A DNA stretch of 64,000 nucleotides from Planctomycetota bacterium (lineage in GTDB: Bacteria; Planctomycetota; SZUA-567; H5-PLA8). The notes under the pieces were generated by a model that saw only the letters and a list, made by a program, of their open reading frames with translations, had not been told where the DNA came from and made no database searches. The position numbers were made by a program, and so were the translations under genes. Shown here piece after piece: positions 58,442 through 64,000 of this stretch. Location: contig BTVV01000001.1 of the NCBI GenBank assembly GCA_045863855.1, positions 64,001 to 128,000 on the forward strand, read 5' to 3'. The number at the start of each line of letters is the position of its first letter. Position 1 is the stretch's first letter.

Positions 58442-59641
58442 TTACCGTCCGCGCGGGCGTCGGCCTTTGCGGCCGACGCGCCCCAGACGGCTGTTCGATC
58501 CCGCCGGCTTCATGCGGCCCGAGAGCGGGCGGCGCCGGGCCGGAGCGCTGCCGCCGGGCTTTGTCGTTCCGCCCGCCGCCGCGCCTTGCGCCTTCAGCGT
58601 GACGATCAGCCGGATCGACTCCAGCACCGCCTGCGCGTCGGGAAAGCGCTGGCTTGGATCTTTCGCCAGCAGCCGCACCACCAGCGCCGCCGTCTGCGGC
58701 GTCAGGTCGGGGCGCAGATGCAAAATTTCCGGCACGTCCTCGAAGAGGTGCATGCGCAGCGTCTGTTCGGGCGTCGCGGCCAGAAACGGCGGCCGGCCGG
58801 TGAGGAACTCGTAGAGCATGCAGCCCAGGCTGTACAGATCGCTGCGCGGATCGGGGCGTCCTTCGCCGGCGACGACTTCCGGCGCGGTGTAATCCGGCGT
58901 GCCCCAGAACTCCTGCCGCTCGCCCGGCGCGGCATCCGGGTCGAGCTGCTGCGGCACGGCGATGCCCAGGTCGGTCAGCTTCGCCGCGCCTTCGGGCGAG
59001 AGCAGCACGTTGTCGGGGTTCACGTCGCGGTGTACCAGACCCGCGCGATGCGCGGCGTCCAGCGCCGCGGCCACCTGCGCCGTCAGATGCAGCGCCGCGG
59101 CCTCGTCGAGCATCCCGCCGCTGCGCTCCAGATGCGCGCGCGCCGAACCGCCCGCCACCAGCTCCATGATCACGTAGTACAGCCCTTCCGTGCACGCCAC
59201 ACGCAGCACCTGCACCAGATTGGGGTGCCGCAGCCGCACCGCCGCGCGCGACGACTCCAGGAAGCGCTCCAGGATCTCCGGCTGCGCCGCCAGATCGGGC
59301 GAGAGGATCTTCAGCGCGAAGAGCCGCCCGCTGGGCTGGTGCCGAGCTCGGAAGACCGATCCGGTCGAGCCTTCGCCCAGCGTGTCGAGGAGTTCGTAGC
59401 CGTCGAGGACCGAGATCGTGCGCAGCGGTTCGTTGGGGCCTTCGTGGAGGCTGCGTTCCAGCCCCGCCAGCGCCATCTGGCTCAGCAGGCCGCGTTCGAC
59501 CAGGAAGGCGCCGAAGCCGAACGCCGCTCCGCGCTTCTTCAGTTCGCCGTAAACCACCAGCGCCGCGGTGCCCTTGTCGGGGTCCAGCAGCCCGGAGCGC
59601 ACGCCGGCCCGCAACAGGAGCGCCTCTTCTTCCAGGGCCAA
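58442..59641 (-). CDS. Ser/Thr kinase-like protein with degenerate motifs
   Basis: GEGSTG, FALK, HRDVNPDN, DLG, GTPDYTAPE. Confidence 0.88.
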   Translation of the reverse strand: MALEEEALLLRAGVRSGLLDPDKGTAALVVYGELKKRGAAFGFGAFLVERGLLSQMALAGLERSLHEGPNEPLRTISVLDGYELLDTLGEGSTGSVFRARHQPSGRLFALKILSPDLAAQPEILERFLESSRAAVRLRHPNLVQVLRVACTEGLYYVIMELVAGGSARAHLERSGGMLDEAAALHLTAQVAAALDAAHRAGLVHRDVNPDNVLLSPEGAAKLTDLGIAVPQQLDPDAAPGERQEFWGTPDYTAPEVVAGEGRPDPRSDLYSLGCMLYEFLTGRPPFLAATPEQTLRMHLFEDVPEILHLRPDLTPQTAALVVRLLAKDPSQRFPDAQAVLESIRLIVTLKAQGAAAGGTTKPGGSAPARRRPLSGRMKPAGSNSRLGRVGRKGRRPRGR

Positions 59642-59721
59642 ATCCGCGCTCTCCGTACCGCCCCGCGAACTCGAACGGGTTGCCCGTCACCGCACGCAAG
59701 CACGCCCGCCGGACGGGAAAC

Positions 59722-60984
59722 TCACTCGTCCCAGCTCGGAACCTTGACCCCGCTGCGCAGCACCGTGCCCGGCGGGAGCAGCCGCATGGTGATGGTGCTC
59801 GTCAGCGAAACTTTTTTCTCTTCCTGCTTGGGCGGCTGGTTGTTCTCCTGCGGCACGACCGAGGACGCTTCCATGCGGATCGTGAACGTTTCGGTCTTCT
59901 CCAGTATCCGGCCGCTGGCCACCTGCACCGTCGCGGTGCCCGAACCTTCCAGCGCGTGCAGCAGCCGGTTGCGTTCGCGGAACGACTCGCTAAAGCGGCC
60001 CAGGTATTCCGAAGCGTTCGAATCGAACGCGCCGGCGAAGCGGTATTCCACCACCGCCACCCGGTTGTCGCCTTGCCCGCGGACTTCCCGCAGCCGGCCT
60101 TCCAGGCGCGCATCGAACTGCGTGGGGAGCAGGTTGGCCGCGTCGGGCTGTTCCAGCGGCACGATCACCGGGACGCGGAAAGCCCACGAATCGCCGGGCG
60201 CCACCGCGCGCGCCGAGAAGATCGGAAACAGGTAGTGCGGCGTGTCGTCGTGCAGGATGTGCGGCGTCGGAATCTTCTGCACCGCCTTGACCCGCAGCCG
60301 CGGGAAGATCTGCGTACCCTGCGTCGTCTCGAGCGTCACCGAGTCTTCGTCTTCTTTCGTCTTGATCCCGATGTGGATCCGGCCGTCCTCCAGCAGCACC
60401 AGGTCTTCGCTGCGGTAGGCGATGCGGTTCTGATCGTCGAAGGCGTAGCAGCGCTGCTGGGCCACGAAATCGCTGTTGGGGCCCAGATTCAGAAGCGTAT
60501 CCGTATTGAGCAGGATCGAATCGACGACCTTCTTGTTCTCGTGGATCTCTTTGCGGCTGCGGTCCAGGTAGGTGCGGCGGATCGCGATCCGCGTCATGTT
60601 CTCGGGCGTGCGGTCCATCGCGGCGTAGGTGAGGTAAAAATCGCCCGTCTCGGTGAAGCGGTTCTCGCCGGCCTGGCTGCGCTCGACGCGGACTTCGTAG
60701 ATGTGCACTTTGCCCACGGGCACCCGCGCGCGCAGCGTCACCGCGTCGCCCGATCCCGTCCGCCCTTCCCACGCGGGCATCCGCGGCGCTTCGCCTTTAG
60801 GCTCGGCGGGTTTTTCCGTCTCTCGCTTCTCGGCCTGCTCGCCCGGTTTCTGCTCCGGATCCTCGCGCAGCGCCGCGCCGGCGTCGTTCGATCCGCCCCG
60901 GCAGCCGGACAAGAACGGAGCCGCGCCACACGCCAGCAGCGCGCAAAGCATCCCCACCGTGCACAGGCCCATCCCACGATTCAT
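59722..60984 (-). CDS. hypothetical lipoprotein
   Basis: signal ending in the lipobox-like LSGC; GGGAG RBS; beta-rich remainder. Confidence 0.7.
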   Translation of the reverse strand: MNRGMGLCTVGMLCALLACGAAPFLSGCRGGSNDAGAALREDPEQKPGEQAEKRETEKPAEPKGEAPRMPAWEGRTGSGDAVTLRARVPVGKVHIYEVRVERSQAGENRFTETGDFYLTYAAMDRTPENMTRIAIRRTYLDRSRKEIHENKKVVDSILLNTDTLLNLGPNSDFVAQQRCYAFDDQNRIAYRSEDLVLLEDGRIHIGIKTKEDEDSVTLETTQGTQIFPRLRVKAVQKIPTPHILHDDTPHYLFPIFSARAVAPGDSWAFRVPVIVPLEQPDAANLLPTQFDARLEGRLREVRGQGDNRVAVVEYRFAGAFDSNASEYLGRFSESFRERNRLLHALEGSGTATVQVASGRILEKTETFTIRMEASSVVPQENNQPPKQEEKKVSLTSTITMRLLPPGTVLRSGVKVPSWDE

Positions 60985-61097
60985 GGCGCGACTCCCCTGG
61001 CTCGGAAAAGCCCAATGATTATAGGTGACGCCAGGGACCGTGGCAGCTTCCAAAACTTCTGGCTTCCTGGGGGCGTTCGGCGGGTGGAACGCTCCGG

Positions 61098-62609
61098 CTA
61101 CTTCCGCGCGTCCAGCCGCCGCAGCGAATCCCGCGCATCGGCCGTCTCGGGGGCCTCCACAGCCCCGGCCGCCTGCCGCTCCAGGATCGCGCGCGCCGCC
61201 GGCGAACCGATCCGCTCCAGCGCCTGCTGCGCCCGGATCGCGCGCAGCGACTCGTTCGAGATCGGAACCTCGGCGGCCGCGGCGGCCAGCAGTTCGTTGA
61301 GGCGCGTCTTCAGCTCCAGCGCCGGCTCCGCGGCCAAGGCGGCCTTGAATTCCCCAACGGCCGCCGCACCCCGTTCGCGCAAGTAGCTCATCGCGTTCGC
61401 GCGTACATCGAAGTCGTCGTGATCCAGCTCGGCGATCATCCGGCGGATCTTCACGGCATCGAGTTCGGGCTTCGCGGCGGGCCGCAGGCGCTCCGCCAGC
61501 AGCGCCGCGCCCGCTTCGCCCGCCCGCGTGAACGCAAGCACCGCGCGGTAGGCTTCGGGGGCGTCGTCCCCGGCCAGCGCCTGCCACGCCGCATCCAGCG
61601 CCGCCGCATCCGGCGCTTTCGCGGCCGCCGGCGCCTGCGTCTGCGCCAGATCCCACAAGGCCACGTCGTTATCGCGGCCCGCGCTGAGCAGGTAACGGCC
61701 GTCTTTGGAAAAGTCCACCGCGAGCACCAGATCCTGATGGTGCTTCAAGTAGCCCAGCGACGCACCGGTCCAGGCGTCCCACAATCCTACCGACTGATCC
61801 CAACTTCCGGTCGCGATGCGCCGACCGTCGGGCGAGACGGCGGCCCAACGCACGTGGTTGGTGTGCCCTTCGAGCGTCCCGCAGATTCGCCCGCTGGCGC
61901 GCTCGACCAGCAAGCCCACGTTTTCGCGCAACCCCAGGACCACCGTCCGCCCGTCCGGCGCGAACGCGCAGCCCCAGACCGTGCGGTTCTCGCCCAGCGC
62001 GATCGTCTTCACGCACGCAAAGTTCTGCAAACTCCAGAGCAGGAGCTGGCCGTCGCCCTGTCCTTTGGTCAACAGCACCGACGAGTCCGAGGCGAAGCAG
62101 ACCGGTTCGCACGAGCCGTCCAGTTTGTGAGCGGAAATCGTGCCGTCGAGCGGCGTGAGCAGGACTTCATGCTCCGAACCCGTCGCCAGCCAGCGCCCGT
62201 CCGGAGCACAGGCCAGTTGGAAGACCGTGGCGGTGTGGTCCTTGATCTGCGCCTTCTGCGCCCCGCTGGCGGCATCCCAGAGAATTGCCGTCTTATCGTA
62301 GCTTCCGCTGATGAGCGTTTTGCCGTCGGGCGCAAGCGCCGCGGTGGCCACCTCGCCCGTATGTCCGGCGAAGCGCCGCACTTCCCGGCCGTCGGCCACC
62401 GACCACAAGTACGCCAGTTTTTCGTTGTCCCCGCTGACGATGAACTGCCCGTCTTGCGAGAAGGCCGCGTCGAGCACCGGGCCCTGATGCTTAAAAATCC
62501 GCAGCGGTTTGATCGGCGGCGCTTCCGGCGGCGCTTCGGCATCCGCGCCCGCCGCCGTCCAAGCCAGCAGCGCCAGCATCCCCAACCATCCCTTAAGGTT
62601 GATCCGCAT
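61098..62609 (-). CDS. exported WD40-repeat protein with C-terminal HEAT-like domain
   Basis: signal peptide; GH...WD repeats (GHTGEV..SGSYDKTAILWD); ELDHDDFDVRANA. Confidence 0.92.
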   Translation of the reverse strand: MRINLKGWLGMLALLAWTAAGADAEAPPEAPPIKPLRIFKHQGPVLDAAFSQDGQFIVSGDNEKLAYLWSVADGREVRRFAGHTGEVATAALAPDGKTLISGSYDKTAILWDAASGAQKAQIKDHTATVFQLACAPDGRWLATGSEHEVLLTPLDGTISAHKLDGSCEPVCFASDSSVLLTKGQGDGQLLLWSLQNFACVKTIALGENRTVWGCAFAPDGRTVVLGLRENVGLLVERASGRICGTLEGHTNHVRWAAVSPDGRRIATGSWDQSVGLWDAWTGASLGYLKHHQDLVLAVDFSKDGRYLLSAGRDNDVALWDLAQTQAPAAAKAPDAAALDAAWQALAGDDAPEAYRAVLAFTRAGEAGAALLAERLRPAAKPELDAVKIRRMIAELDHDDFDVRANAMSYLRERGAAAVGEFKAALAAEPALELKTRLNELLAAAAAEVPISNESLRAIRAQQALERIGSPAARAILERQAAGAVEAPETADARDSLRRLDARK

Positions 62610-62719
62610 AAGTCGTCCTTTCAGGTCCGTAACGTTAGACGCTCCCGGCTTCCGCGGCAGGTACAGGAATCCAGACCCCTAAGCGGGCATGCCTGAGCCG
62701 TTGGTCTTTGTCGGACCCG

Positions 62720-63121
62720 TCTCCCATACCCAGCGCTCGGTGGAAGGCGTGGACGGCGGACTGTTCGAGACCGTCGCACAAGCGCCCGTTCAAGGCGGCC
62801 TGGACGCCGCGTTGCGCATGCGGCCGGAAAGAGCGGCGCGCATGTAGAGAAGATCCAACAGCAAGAGCGCGAACGGATCGAACCGTTGCTGTCGGTGGTG
62901 GCGGTGCGCTTGCTGAGTGCGAAGGCGAAGAGCGCGGCCCGACGAGAAGAGCCGCTGCGGCCCGAAGACGCCGATCCTGGCGATCGCAAGCTTGGGCGGA
63001 TGGATTCCGCACGACAAGAAACCCGGCTGGCAAGTCCTCTGGCGCGGCTGGTCTTGCCGCCTGCCGCTCATGCAAGGCTACGAACTCGCGCTCGCACTTA
63101 AAAAGTGTGTGCCATGACGAG
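62720..63121 (+). pseudogene. degenerate IS4-family (IS50/Tn5-like) transposase remnant
   Basis: fragments in different frames: RIEPLLSVVAVRLL and IASLGGW...PGWQVLWRGW...MQGYELA...KCVP*. Confidence 0.7.
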
Positions 63122-63289
63122 TCCTATAAGGAGGGTGCTAGCAACGTCTGGAAGCCCGCTGCGGCGGGCTGAGGTTAATGGCATGAAGCCGAAAGCCCCC
63201 ATGTGTGCTTCAACCTTTCCTTTCCCGCTTTCAGCCCCCGCCGGTTTCGCCGAACGGGTAGAATATAAAGACGGCTTGGCGGAGGCGGC

Positions 63290-63964
63290 ATGGCTCAGAC
63301 GTTGGTGGTCGGCGACATCCATGGGTGTGCGGACGAGTTCGAGGCGCTGCTCGAGCGGGCGGCGCTGGCGTCCGGGGACCGCGTGATCGCCGTTGGCGAT
63401 CTCTTTGCCCGCGGCCCGCGCCCCGAACGGGTCCTGGAACTGTTCCAGCGGCCGACCTACGAATTCACCATGGGGAATCACGACCGCCCCATCCTGGACG
63501 CGCTCCGCGAAGGCGGCCGGACGAAGGATCTGAGTTCCGCGCAGGCTCAAGCGTTGGAACGCATGCGCGGCCAATCGGATCGACTTCTCGATTTGCTCGA
63601 AGGCGCACCGTATGCGATCCACGGCGCGACGGCCGTCGGCACGCGCTCGTGGGTGGTCGTGCACGCGGGGATTCATCCCAAACGCGGGGTGGCCGGCACC
63701 AAGCCCAGAGAGTTCCTGCAGATTCGGCAGGTGGAAGACATGCCAGGGGAGCCCTTCTGGTGGGACGTGTACGCCGGTCCGGAGCTGGTGCTCTTTGGGC
63801 ACACGCCGCGTGAAGACGTGATCCAGGCATTCAAGCAGGGCCGCCGTGTCGCGCTGGGGCTGGACACCGGCTGCGTCTACGGCGGCGATCTGACCGGATA
63901 TCTGCCCGACGCCGACCGCTTCGTGACGGTCAAAGCGCGCAAGGCGTACTTCCGCAAAGGCTGA
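63290..63964 (+). CDS. metallophosphoesterase (PPP/ApaH-like)
   Basis: GDIHG, GDLFARG, GNHD, VHAG, FGHTP, LDTG. Confidence 0.92.
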   Translation: MAQTLVVGDIHGCADEFEALLERAALASGDRVIAVGDLFARGPRPERVLELFQRPTYEFTMGNHDRPILDALREGGRTKDLSSAQAQALERMRGQSDRLLDLLEGAPYAIHGATAVGTRSWVVVHAGIHPKRGVAGTKPREFLQIRQVEDMPGEPFWWDVYAGPELVLFGHTPREDVIQAFKQGRRVALGLDTGCVYGGDLTGYLPDADRFVTVKARKAYFRKG

Positions 63965-64000
63965 GTTGCGGATGCAGCGCGCCCGAATTCCTTTATGCTG

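Overview
High-GC bacterial chromosomal window. The gene content suggests Planctomycetota (inference from four Hanks-type Ser/Thr kinases, an FHA protein, a C-terminally extended ECF sigma factor, WD40/HEAT, YHS and DUF4340 proteins). Housekeeping genes are dnaE, rsmA, a eukaryote-type citrate synthase and an orphan ParA. Also present: a polysaccharide-use trio (PL8 lyase, ThuA, sialidase-like), a GldAFG-like ABC/DUF4340 operon and a CP-ATP-grasp/alpha-E/Anbu/transglutaminase operon. The most interesting locus is a bufferin-like RiPP cluster: a Tat-signal precursor with 4 x Cx5Cx5C, a DUF692 MNIO and a DUF2063 partner, next to an ECF gene with two apparent in-frame internal starts. Non-coding signals include a dif-like 28-bp palindrome with an apparent G-to-C skew inversion, a 131-bp direct repeat bracketing a lower-GC orphan gene, a ~277-bp MITE, an IS4-type transposase remnant and two structured-RNA candidates. 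No rRNA, tRNA or CRISPR array was recognised. All calls come from manual motif reading; no database search was run.
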